In this document: positions 1-12,520 of the stretch, piece after piece | How the letters are laid out: every line of letters starts with the position of its first letter | Position numbering within the stretch: position 1 is the stretch's first letter | Assembly: GCA_002633005.1 (NCBI GenBank) | Contig: NMRA01000206.1 | Span: 48,551 to 112,550, forward strand | Reading direction: 5' to 3' | Length of the DNA: 64,000 bases | From: Phoronis australis | Taxonomy: Eukaryota > Animalia > Phoronida | Made by a program: the position numbers and the translations under genes | Notes under the pieces: model-generated | Told to the model about the DNA's origin: nothing | The model's database searches: none | What the model saw: only the letters and a program-made list of their open reading frames with translations

Positions 1-560
1 AACAAATCAGTTTCTTACCGATTCTACGCTAATCTCTCATCTACAGAGTGCAAATTCCATTGCAAAGAGTCGACAGCCAGGCGATCGGCAACATTTCATC
101 TCACTGACAGCACTGTACGCCGATCCATTTTCTGAACACAAGAGACGTGGAAAAAGTTTCGAGAAACAACATGAAATTTGAATCAGCAACCTCTGAGTAC
201 TCCTGGTAGTCACCTAGGCTATCGGCAAATCCGATGGCAAAATGAATTCAGCCACAAACTTGACTTCAAAATGAGCTATGCGCTCAAATAGTGGCTTCCG
301 GACGATAGTTAACATAGGCCTGAACGGGGTAACCTTCAAACTTCAAGAGACGTGGAAAAATTTTCACCATTGGCGCTGATATTTGGCGGTAACATGTCTT
401 AACATACACTCTATGTGACAGGCTATCGGCAAATTGTGTAGTTATCTCCCCTTGCTTATAAATTCCTGATTTTTGCCTGCTCTTGTGTATTTCTTAATGA
501 GGGCTGCTGGCAAGATTTAGCGCATGCGCAGTAGTGCATCTTACAAATTTCTGGCGTTGA

Positions 561-948
561 GTTTTAGGCTGGTGTAATGTCACGCACTTCGTATTTGTAG
601 GTTGATTCGATTTTAGTTCCTTTCAATAGTTGAACAAAAGTTTATAAACCGATGTCAAGACCTGAGTTGCCAGTGGTGAACGAACAGCGAACAGTAAAAT
701 GTTTGATGGCCAAAGTTCACCCGTTAAGTCATAAAATGGTAATTGCCGACCAAGGACACGCTTAATCCGAATTGGTCGTCTACGCTAGGCGACCACTTAG
801 CCGACCCAAGTGCAGACCACAGAGGCGACTCAGTAGATGGCTCCTAGCCGACCGTTGTTGGTCGGCTGCTGGTCGGCTAGACGACCGGTTGACGGCCGGT
901 CGTCGACCAATTTCCGACCGGTCGGCCAAAAATTCGTGATGTGTGCTG
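561..948 (+). mobile_element. Right-terminal segment (with TIR) of the TA-TSD TIR element family
   Basis: Direct copy of 16382-16749; ends ...TCGTGATGTGTGCTG followed by TA (949-950). Confidence 0.85.
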
Positions 949-3900
949 TAAGTGATATCGCGGAAGCATAATTTCTAAATTTAAATACGAGACTTTTTAT
1001 ACAGCACATTATGCACAAAAGCAAGCACGAAATTTAAAATTGCATAAAAATCAGAATACAACACTGGATATTTTACTACCTCAAGTGTTTTCATGCAGTG
1101 GAATGCTCAACAAGCATCACGCATTTTCGCTCATCCGTTATTGCTCTTGATCATCACTTCATCACGCTGTATATTGCGATTTACCACAGATATTTATTGC
1201 TTATTTCTGTATAATTTCTTAATATGTTGGTACAGCAATAGAACCCAAGTTTATTTTAGGAACAACATAAACAATGGTTTGAACATAGCGCCGATATTAA
1301 ATCATGGGCGCATGAAAACGGAAGACTGTGATCGGTTTATAGTGTCATCCATCATCATTCTGAAATTGTCACTTTTGTTGTAAATAATCTTTTCGAGACT
1401 AGAGCCTTCCGATCTAGCCAGCTACTTGTATAAAGACTATTTTCAAAATACAGCAAGGTGCCACTGCTTATTGAGATCAAACAGACCTCGAAACTTCACA
1501 CAGCCCAGATAGTTACGCTTGTCACCTCGTCGAAAAGCTTGTATCAACAGGAGCTCAAGACCGGCGGGTGTGCAGGCAAAATCTAGAAGTCAATTGGCAT
1601 TCAAGTTGCCCGTTACGGCCGTTTAAGCGAAAAACATCCGACGTCATCTTCCTGCGTAATTCTCTGCCTTTTTTAAAGAAAAAACGTATGCCGTCGTTTT
1701 GAAAAAAAGTTCATTCCTGACACGCGCCACTTCCAAAATGTTTTCAACATCTCCCATTAGTTGATGACAACATCTCAGCAAAATTTGTTCTAAAATTCGG
1801 TTCACTGATATCAAAATTCCAAAAAAATATAATGAAGTGAAACCAATTCTGATCATTTGTTGTGACGTTTACGCAACCTCTTTGGAGACCGTTTGGTTGA
1901 AGAATTTGGGAAAAAGAAACTGGCTAAAAGTTGACGCAATATTCCATTGGGTCGAAAGTCGACGAATAAGATCACACCATAACTTTAGCAGCACAATAAT
2001 TGTAAATAAACATTTTTTGCAACGCAGATAAATAATTTAGATTATTCTAGGAAGATTTTATTCGGTCAGTTTTTACCCAAAATGGCACAAATTTGTATAT
2101 TTAATTTAGTAAACAGCTTCGCCCCAAGGCTAGAGCCTTCCGAGCCCTTTGGCGTAAGAACACAATACTTGGTGTTTCGCGTATACTCCAATGGGGTAAA
2201 ACTTTGAAAGTAATATTTTTGGGGTAACCTGGTACATGCAATCCTAAAAAAGTAATCTGTGTTTTCATGTAGAGCGTAAAAATGATTAACCCATTGATTC
2301 AAAAAGAACACTCTCGCAAACGAAAACGCACACAATTTTCAGCTATATTACAATGGTTAAAAAACAACTTCTATAAGTTTATTGCATTGGATTCTAGTGA
2401 TCACCAGGGCAAGTCAAAACTCTTAAGGGGGCGCAATTTCAAACCTTTGGCATGAATCAGTGATATAAAAATGGAAGTAGACCGACTTAAGTTCATCAGC
2501 AATGTAGACACAACAGACACTGACTGCGTTTGTTAACGTCTTGTAGCAATTATAAAAATAATTTTTTCTACTATGATTGATAACAAGTTTTACTCTGATG
2601 AGGTATGATGCAATATGAATGTCTAATATGCAGATCGGCAGTTGCAATCCTATTTACTGGGTTTAATGAATCCGTTTGTTATGAACCACAGCAAAAGTAT
2701 GATTACTTATTGTACATTCGAAGCACGCCTCATTAGAATAAAAACATACACGTGCTTGATGATCCTGGGAGTACCTCTATTACAGGCATGAATGAAGATA
2801 TATAGTTGTTAAGCCATAGAGGATAATAATACTTACATAATATCACACTGAGCCATCTACACCAGGCTTATACAAAGGATACGGTATTTCAAAAGAAGCC
2901 TCAACTACTCATTTTTCATAGTCATAACTAGTCATTTTCATAGTATTACTAAATCACGAACACCTAGATTTATATAAGAAGTTACATAGTACGATGCTAC
3001 ACAACCTGCTCTTCCACATTTACGGGAGATCTAATTTGAAACATTTAACGACATATCTTTTCTATGCAAGATTAAAACCAAGCAAAACATGTGAAACTCT
3101 CCAGGACTAAAAATAAATATCTCAAAACCGGAAATTTTACTTGAGCAGGAATTAAAACAATCCAATACATTGAGATTGTTTCCACACAGAAGACCACAGA
3201 GCAAATAAAGAACAAAATTCACCACGTCAAGGCTGAAAATTTATCACATCAGCACCTATAATTTATCAAGTGAGGACCAAAAATTCTTCACTTCAGGATC
3301 AAAATAAAGTACGACCGAACTGAAAATTTAATAAGTCAGGTTCAAAAACTTACCATGTCAGTAACTTTCACGCCAGAACACCACGTCACCATCCCCAAGC
3401 ATGGATCTTTCAAAGTGATAATGTACGCACTACATGTATACATATAAACAAGGGCTATATGTTCAACCTCTCGCCGACTAACAGACCTATTATCTTGAAA
3501 ATGCGGTTTAATTTTTTTCGTCTAATCAACCTTTTACAATAGATGCCAAGTATAGGTACACACTGGATTGTCACCATTGCATAATGGGTGATCACGTAGC
3601 CTCCGGGCATGAAAACAACTCTCTCTCTCCTAGCGTGATAAGTTTTCTGACACAGTGAATCCTGGTTGTCAATTGTTTTTGATTCTACAGAGATTTCAAT
3701 TCCTGAATAGAAAATGTGTGTTCTGGATGTTTTCGCTTCAGCTTTCCATTCAGCTAACTAGTGTACAGCATAGTGTTTTTACTATCCCTTGGCTGCTCCA
3801 CTGCAACGAATCACTTCTAGTACAACCTTCCGTAAATGACGTTCGTATTTTGCACATTTCTTCGGGGTAACAGTTTTCCAAGAGCTATATATTCATTGGA

Positions 3901-6802
3901 CACGAACACCAGTCTCAGGTAGTCCTTGAGCTCATGCTCTGAATGTTTTGAAAAAGCAACTCTTTCTTACGCAGATACCGTTTTCTGCTCGTGGACACCG
4001 ACTCGAATTCATCAACCAAACATTTATTTTTGAAAATGCCCTCAAAAGTGTACTTTTTTAAAACACCGTGTTGACCATAGTCGTCAGTGTAGAAAAGCGA
4101 AATGAACAAATTTGTACACAATGCTCAAAGCACTTTTGTGGATATACGGAAACGCCAACGTCTCTGTCTTACAACGCTGCGTGTACTTGGCATTTCATTT
4201 CATGCTGGAAACTTTTTTAAGACTGAGCACCGTTTTAAAAAATAGTATTTTTTCTTACAGCTGAGAACAGAAGAATTATTCTGCGATTTTAGGACTGAAA
4301 TGGAACCAAATCTCGAGTGGTGACTCATTAGAATGTGCAAAACTCGGGAAGGGGGGGGGGGGTTTGGCGATATATATACAAGCATGATTTATTTATTTTT
4401 TATATTTATTTTGTAGTTGCCACTTCCCATTCAACGTCACTTACTACCTAAGGTGGCCAGATCATACGCTATCAATATCACCAGACGCCTTGCTTCTCAA
4501 AAGTGCTCGGGAGCTCTTACAAAAAAATCAGGAACTAATTAACCCACTTAAGCTTGACTCTCGTCATCTGAATTCTACACATTTAGAAGTTTTGTTCAAA
4601 TACTTTGTACTTCCACACATTGATTATTGTGATATTATATATCAGTCTGCCAATATGGGTGCACTCCAACATTTGGAGAAGTTACAATATCAAGCTGCCT
4701 TACTCATAACCGGAGCTTACAGGGGATCCAATAGTGTTAAGGTTTTGAATAGTCTCAAGTGGCCCAAACTGTCTACTCGACGCAATCTTCACATGACCAC
4801 ATTTACTTTCAAGGTAATAAACAATGTCAACAACGTGTCTGTCAAAAAAATATTTGATCTATATACTAGACAAGGCCATCGTAGTGATTTGAGATCCTCC
4901 ACCCCATATGCAATTCCTCCGTCGTTCAGTCAGGCATTCAGAAGGTCTACAGTCATGATGTGCATCAACAACTGGAATTCTCTTCCAGTCTGTGTTAAGG
5001 AAAGCAACTCTTTTACGAGTATAAAAAATAATTTCAGAACTGTTTTTCATAATTTTGATAACTCAACACCCTTGACTCAATTATCCCTTACACGCGATAA
5101 CGAAAAAGCATTGTACAGATCAAGATGTGGCCTTTTCCTCAACTCTGACAAGTTCAGGCACAACTTTATTAATGTCTCTCCAAACTGTAAATGTGGTGTC
5201 CATCAATCGTATCCTCATATTTTCTTCAAATGTCCCCTCATCGAATACCAGAGAGACTCACTCTTTCGTGTACTCAATGAAAATCAATCAATTGTTAACG
5301 CTCTCAATTCTTGTAATAATATCCCTACTACAGTTACATTATTATTGAATGGTAATCCTAACCTTGACCTCGTTCTCAACGAATTCCTCCTAAGCAACGT
5401 TAGTAAATTTTTATGTACCGTTTATCAATATTGTTGCATCTGATTTCCCCACATGAATCTGTACATATTTTTGTTTTTATATATATGTAATAGCCTATCT
5501 AAGTATTGGAAAACTTATTTGAGATACTACTTAATTGTACATACCTCTATGTATATTAGTTTCATTTATGGATTGTTTACAACCCAGATATAATGCTTCG
5601 CAGTTTCTGGGTTTGTTATTATTTCTTTGTATGTTCTGTGTATCCATGAATAAATATATATCACTTTTGAAAAAGTGCAACTTTGTGTATTTTCTATCAT
5701 TTTTTGCCACCGCAATCGCTTTACCAAAGGTTCGCGCAGATATGCCGCGTAGTGAATACTTCTTCATCACGTATTCACATCTTCCCGTTCACAATTGTTT
5801 TATTTTGCATAATTTGTCAATATGTTGTTGACAAAAAATATTTATTTTTGGAACAACGTGAACGACCAACTGATAGGGGACTACGTGCATACATGTAAAC
5901 TGCTAGCCCGGATTTTAACGTCACCGATACATGAAAACGGAATGCGCAAAGCTATAATTGCCTGCAGCCTCGACAGTGGTGATGTCAACGTCTTAGTTCG
6001 TCTAAATCGTAACCATAACATGATTTCGAAGTTAGAGCCATCGAAGTCCCTGGGTTTAGGGCATACTGGACCGTGAATTTCGCGTCTGTACTGCAAGGGT
6101 CAATACTATGAAAATGAAATCCCAGGAGTGAGAGCTCTTCGCGGTGTAACAACTCACGCAATAATCCATCATCATGAGCGCGTGATAGGAGATCGGTGAC
6201 TAACTTAAAAAACGCAAAAAGATGCAGTTTGGCGTTACACAAACAAAATCAATTGCGGGCGAAGACTGCTAAAAATAGCTGCGTTTACAAAATGACTACA
6301 GCGTTGTATTGACCGGTAAGCAACCAATCTAAAACATCTTGTTAACGTCACGAGTCAAATTAAAGATCAGATGTAAAGAAAACTTTCACGTTTTTCATCC
6401 AAAACTTGTTGCATTGTCCATAATCCAATGTTTACTAGTACCGCTTGCCTTTAACCTTCGAAATAGTGGTGTTACATAACCGACGTGAACTCATGTAACC
6501 GAGACAGTAAAACTAGGTTAATTTATTTGACCCTGTTCTTAAACGAATATGCATCGACACGCAAAGTGGCATCAGCCTGACAACCTATTACGCAACTGCT
6601 ACTCTTGCCTAAAAATAGCAGCCGACCAGCTGATGGTCGGTCGGCTGAAGGGTCGTCTGGGGAGTCGCCTTATGAGTCGGCACTGCGGGCGGCTGCCGGT
6701 CGGCTAATTTTTAGCCGACCGGTTGGCTATTATGCCGACCGGTCGACGGCTAATCGTCGACCAATTTCCGACCGGGCGGACAAAAATTCGTGATGTGTGC
6801 TG
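949..6802 (-). mobile_element. Second copy (inverted) of the TA-TSD TIR element, carrying a LINE insertion
   Basis: 949-2182, 4113-4506 and 5671-6802 are reverse complements of 15093-16342, 13709-14069 and 12521-13716. Ends in TIR ...TCGTGATGTGTGCTG at 6802. Confidence 0.85.
4507..5670 (+). mobile_element. 5'-truncated non-LTR retrotransposon (CR1/L2-like RT C-terminus) with 8-bp TSD
   Basis: ORF 4490..5443 has FVLPHIDYCDIIY...LEKLQYQAALLITGA...LKWPKLSTRR...WNSLP...C-x-CG...HIFFKCP. AATAAA at 5649. TSD AAAAGTGC at 4499-4506 and 5671-5678; the empty site is present at 13709-13716 (rc). Confidence 0.9.
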
Positions 6803-7742
6803 CATCCTAGATGCGTCATGGGTTAAGCCCGACACTCAAAAATGCTAAGCTACATGTACATATGTATTTACTGCGGCAAAAACGACATCTATTGGGGTTT
6901 GTTAAACTTTAAGTTGCAAATTCGAAGATGGCACACGTATGCATTGCCTGTGACTTGAGCTACAAGAATTCCAGTTTCAATGACCATGTAAACGTTTCAA
7001 ATCTTAAAGCTCGCTGCTTGAGAACTCAGCAGCGGCAAATACACTATTAAATAGTCCAGTTAACTTGATAACATTACCTATAGACTATGACTGGCATTAA
7101 TCAACTTTTCTCAAGCTGTCTTTAATCCCTTCAATGTTCGTCTAAGTGCCGTAATTAGTTCATTCCTGACTACCAATTTCCCTCCTAAAGAAAACACTAT
7201 AATACAACCTTTAAAGTCAATGATGTCAAAACTAGGTGAGCGGAGTACCCGAGCATTCAAACTTGGTGCTATATAGGAGTTAGTAGACGCTCACAATCAT
7301 GAGGAAAGTTCGCCTGGTTTCAGAATTTTCAGGCCCTTATCATAACAATGTCTAACTACAATAAACACCAGGCTAATTGCTGACAGACACATCAGACCCA
7401 TACTGAAAACCACAACTGACTGGATGGAACTACTTTCCAAGACAAGTTTCATAAACAATTTGTAGGATATGACTCAAACTGACACACAAATTATAGCAAT
7501 GGCAAGGTTTCTGTGGTAACATGAACAGCAGGAATTACATTATATAGCTGAACCAGCGAGACAACTAAAGACCCGAAATACCTATTTTAACAATACACTC
7601 AGAATCTCAGTATTTTTATGCAGATGTTAATCAAAGCATTGTCCTACGTAAATGAAGAATCTTCAAAACCTACAGATCAAAACAGAACTCAGGAAGGTCC
7701 AAGAGATAACAATGAATTCAAGTACCACTTGTAGTTCTACTG

Positions 7743-7975
7743 CAGAGGCGGATCTATGGGGGTTCATGGGGTTCAACCCCCCCCCCCCAGGGACACGATT
7801 AAAAATTACACAACTGTTACTAAGAAAACGAAATCAGGTATTAAAAAACAAAAAAAATTTTACACGGGTGGTGAGAAACATCCTCCTGACCTTCCCTCCT
7901 CGTCGCTAGGCGCCTTAAATTCGCGCAAATCCTAACCTCCCGCCCCCTCTTACTAAAAACGTAGATCTTCCACTG
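7743..7975. mobile_element. hAT-like MITE
   Basis: Imperfect TIRs CAGAGGCGGATCTA / TAGATCTTCCACTG; no TSD seen. Confidence 0.6.
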
Positions 7976-9789
7976 CTCATTACCAACTAAGCTTATGTAA
8001 AGTAAAAAACCAAAATATTTTTCTTCGTCACAACCTGTTTATTCAAGAAAGACTGACAAACATCTAATGAGAGACGATTAGAATCAAAGTTGCTGGAACT
8101 GAACACATTGTCAAATTTTAACATCCAGCAGACCTGCTGATAATAACAAAACAACATGGATCCAGAAGAACAATAATCATTCATTTAGAAGTATAGTGGT
8201 GCAGAAATGAACAAAACAAAGTGATTTAGAGTAAGAACCACATACAAACACTTATAATCTGGTGTATACACAGATATCGGTTTTAGAACAATCTATGGAT
8301 GTTCATCAGGCCACATGAATATCGGAATTATTTTTAAATTTTCACTTGGTTTACTAAACAAGGACATTCGTTCACCGAATGAATTTTTAGCAGTTACATA
8401 CATAAGAATATTTTCAACCACACGAAGTTAATGATATTCTTTTCATAACTTTCAAATGCTTTTAAAAGACATTATCAAACAAAATGTCCGTAGTATCGCT
8501 CACATATAAAGGAAATGTGTTTGCCTTCGAGCAGTCAAATTTTGCTCATATTTAATTTAAGACTGATTTGGGTCCCCGAAAGCCAGTGCATAGAAATATG
8601 CCGGGAACAGGACAGCACCAATCACCACAGTTGGTGACTGTACGCTCCGATATTCCTGTTTAGGTTATGCTCATAATTTTTTCATTCTGCTATATCTTAA
8701 CCGAAATCACTCCTGCGAAGTCATACAGAAAGCAGCTACCATTTTTTCTGCCACATGTGTTAATGATCATCTTATCTCTTGCAATGCTTTATGAATGAAC
8801 CTCAGGTCAGCATGTTTACTACAGAAATAAACAAAACATCGTGTGAATTCTGGAAGGGACTTAGAAGTTGCTCGTATAAAACCATACAAGTTGACAGACA
8901 ATTACCGTCTGAAATCTGTTAGCTAAATAGTACGATGCTACGTGCTACCTTAGAAGTAACTTTAAAATGAACACGGATTTCCTAACAGCATTCAAAAAAG
9001 AAACAACTTAGTAACAACAACGATAATTTGAAAAATATTATTCCTGGCAGCAACATATGGCCGAGGGATTTTAGAGTTATGACACGAAGATCAGTGGACC
9101 GAATAAAAACTCAAACAAATCAAAAGTTATAACAACATAACACATTTGTACTGCACAAGTTAGATGTTAATGAGATTATTCTGGCTCCGTCTTAAGGGAC
9201 TATTTTTATGAGTGGAAAATCTGATTGGTTCACGCTTCATATAGGGTAGCGTATTCTTCTTTTTCTTCAACAATAAAATTGTAAATGACATCTCCGGCTT
9301 TTTAAATATTTTTTTGTTCTCAGATATATGCAAACATTGGTAAACTATTGTTTTTTTAATTTTCCTTTCTGTTTAGTTCGTTTTAATTTTACGGACTAAA
9401 TGGGCTTTTTACCACAACCAATTTGTTTTTTTATTTTTTATTGATAGAAAGTTCTTTAAAAATAGCAGAGCTCAACTTTTGCAGACTTCCTGGGATTGCC
9501 ACTTTTAAGTGCATGGTAAGGTTATATACTTAAACTTGCTGTAATGCTCGAGAATCGAACACAAGTAGGATTTTATATTTGATCTAGACGAAGTGAGAGA
9601 TGGTAAATTCTTTGGGATTTTGCCATGTTTTCCTGTTATCATGGCCTGTACTTCAATTTGGGCTACTTTTTGCGATTATAGAACCACAATTTTAACGAGT
9701 ACGTCTTATCCTCTTCTACTGTATGTCCTACGAGCCTTCTGCCTCAGATAGAAGTTTTTTATGTAGGCAAATTACTGTTCACTGTTTTG

Positions 9790-10057
9790 CATGGACGCAC
9801 CCAGGGGGGGTTTGGGGGATTCGAACGAGCTCTCCAGTTTGGCGAATTGGGCAAAAAGATCCGCCTCAGCGAAACAAAAAGACCGAGTAAACGAGACAAG
9901 ATCCACAAAGTTCACAGGAATTCGGCGCGGATGCACAGTCCGTAGGCCTGAACCTAGTGGCCACGTTTTTTTCTTAGTCCTAGTTGATTTTTTTTCAGTA
10001 AAAGGTCCGCACACCAAAAATTAGATGCCCCCATATTTTAAGCTGGGTGCGCGCATG
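9790..10057. mobile_element. MITE (family shared with 20719-20966)
   Basis: TIRs CATGGACGCACCCAG / CTGGGTGCGCGCATG; interior aligns with 20719-20966. Confidence 0.7.
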
Positions 10058-12520
10058 CTTGGCATATTTGAAACACTTTCTTGTCTTTAATCCATTAAAT
10101 ACCAAAAAGGTATAAAGTATCCTGGGTGCCAAAATCTAATGAAACAGACACTGACATAACATAAAATGAATATTAACCAATTAGTGATTGCATGTGTAAA
10201 TGTTACTAATACTTAATTGAAGAGCATTGGGTACTGGTTGTACATAGTAATAATTTCAATGCTTTGGGGGTATTTTGGTGCTGTTTTGTGACTGAAGTTT
10301 CCGATCGACATCTATTGATCCTAGTAATGTCTCCACTGTCATGTATGAAACAGTCTCATTTTTGAAGTGGATGCAGGTCAAATAAAATAAACAAAGACAT
10401 GCAGGATACAGACTACTACTACTGTACATGGGATTCCAGGAACTATCATGTTGAACCAATACACAGTTATGGCCATATGGCTCATGTATGACCCGTGCTC
10501 TGTGAATTACCAACTTCCACCACTCCGATTTCGGTAGACTTTTTTCTGGCCACAAGGGATGTTTGAAGATGCCATTTATGCAAAAAAAAACCTTCTGTAG
10601 CAATTTTTTTCTGGGTTGGGCCCTCTGGAGCCCTAGAATGACTGGACTAAATGACCACTGTGTAATTGACTTGTTTACTTCAATATTGCTAAACAAGTAT
10701 ATGGGGGACGTTTGATTGAACATGTAACCAAAACAAATTCTGGGAGCAAGAAAACCACTGAAAAGTTGCAAATAAGTGGATTTTTGTTATCATTTTTGAG
10801 ATAGACACTTGAATTTTTATAGTTGCCTGATAAAAGACCTTACATTCAACCATGAAAAAGAACAATTTATAAAATTATTGTGACACTATAGTGAATTCCT
10901 AAGCTGTCAGGTCACCTTGCTTAGCTTCAGTCATACTTTGGGATGCATATAAGGTTTTTCTCAACTTAAATTACCTGAAATGCACAGGAAGCCGGTTGAG
11001 GGGGTGTTTTTTATCCCTATTGTTCGTAACAAGAATTATTTTACTTTTATTAAGTTCAATGAACAAGTATTTAGCTTACACATTCAAATAAAACACTATA
11101 ATGAATAAACAAAAACCGGATTGGCTTATTTGTGTTAATAATGTCTCACGCTTTCTCTGTGTAAATTATTATTAATAGTGTCCTGAAGACCACTAACGAA
11201 CAAAAAATACCTTTTTTAATGCAATTAATACAGTGCGACTTCGTGGAAAAATAATCATCCTTCTGAATTTCTACGGCACTCTAACTCTAAATTCCGATGT
11301 TTCAGCAAAAAGGAGGTTTTTCAAAAGTATTTTTGTAGAAAACTAATGTTTACGTTTCTTTAGCTCAGCCGAAGGATGTAAAAGGCATTGAAAACGATAT
11401 TTTATCAACAAAAGTTTTATGCATAATATTTAAAAACAGCAAAAGTATATTATCTTACCTCGCTCATTTTTGTTGGTTTGGTAGCAAGCGTTTGGTGATT
11501 CGGCTTCCACCAAGCGTTTGATGTTTTGACCGGGCCAACCGGGAATCATCCGACGATTAAGTCACTATTTGGAATTCATACAATAATTCCGTTGGTCCAA
11601 TGTCCACATTCGTGGACAGCTTAGCAACTGCCACCAACTTTAGGAAATTCTGCCATTGTTTTGTTTCTTGTCCTACTCAATATTATTCATTTGCATGAAT
11701 GACACTAAGTGACCAAACTAAACCAACTTACCAATGCAAATACAGTATCATTGCTCAAGTAAAATAGTTCGTAGTATATTATATACCTGTCAAAATATTA
11801 TACATGTATTAGCAGTTACGAAAGTAACATCAAGTTCTAAACAGTTTACGAACAAAACTAATTTTAAAATGTTTGAAATAAAACACGTGGGTATTTACTG
11901 ACAATTACTACAACTTTTGCATTCATAAACCGCCTTCATATCAACTGGTCATTTTGTAAAATCATAAGTATTGGGTGTTGAAAAAATTTCGATGTTATGT
12001 AATACCCTTTTTTGTGCTGTTTTTGTTTGTTCTAACGAAAATTCTTCAAATAGTTCATGAAAATAATTTATCTAGTACACAGAATAATAGGACTGGCAGC
12101 TAACGGCTTGTGGCTGGGTGTCAAGCTCCAATGTTTACTATTTCTACTACTAGTGACAACAGGGGGTTGGTAAGTTTATACTTTCTAGGTTATAAACAGA
12201 ACCTCAGTACGAGGGCTGTACAGTTGTAGCTGGAGACCAGGCGAGCTTTTCTCATGTTACCCATGCAAATACAGTATCATTGCTCAAGTACAATAGTTCG
12301 TAATATATTATATAGCTGTCAAAATATTATATCCACTGTTACGAAAGTAACATCAAGTTGTAAACAGTGTAGGAACAAAACTAATTTAAACTGTTTGAAA
12401 TAAAACACTAGGGTATTTATTGACAATTACTGCAACTTTTGTATTCATACATCGCCTTCATATCAACTGGTCATTTTCTAAAATCGAAAGTATTGGGTGT
12501 AGAAAAAAAAATCGATTTTA

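Noticed and set aside
138-435. About 204-bp-spaced repeated motifs (caagagacgtggaaaaa; aggctatcggcaaat)
   Set aside because: Likely part of a repeat cut by the window edge; not enough sequence to classify.
4490-5443. 317-aa ORF as a host gene
   Set aside because: It is the 3' part of a LINE ORF2. Its TTG start lies in the flanking host repeat, upstream of the TSD-defined insertion point.
10256-11660. 171-aa minus ORF and a possible decayed THAP-like first exon (ATG at ~11656, donor near 11458)
   Set aside because: No recognisable domain in the ORF; the THAP resemblance needs several stop and frameshift corrections.
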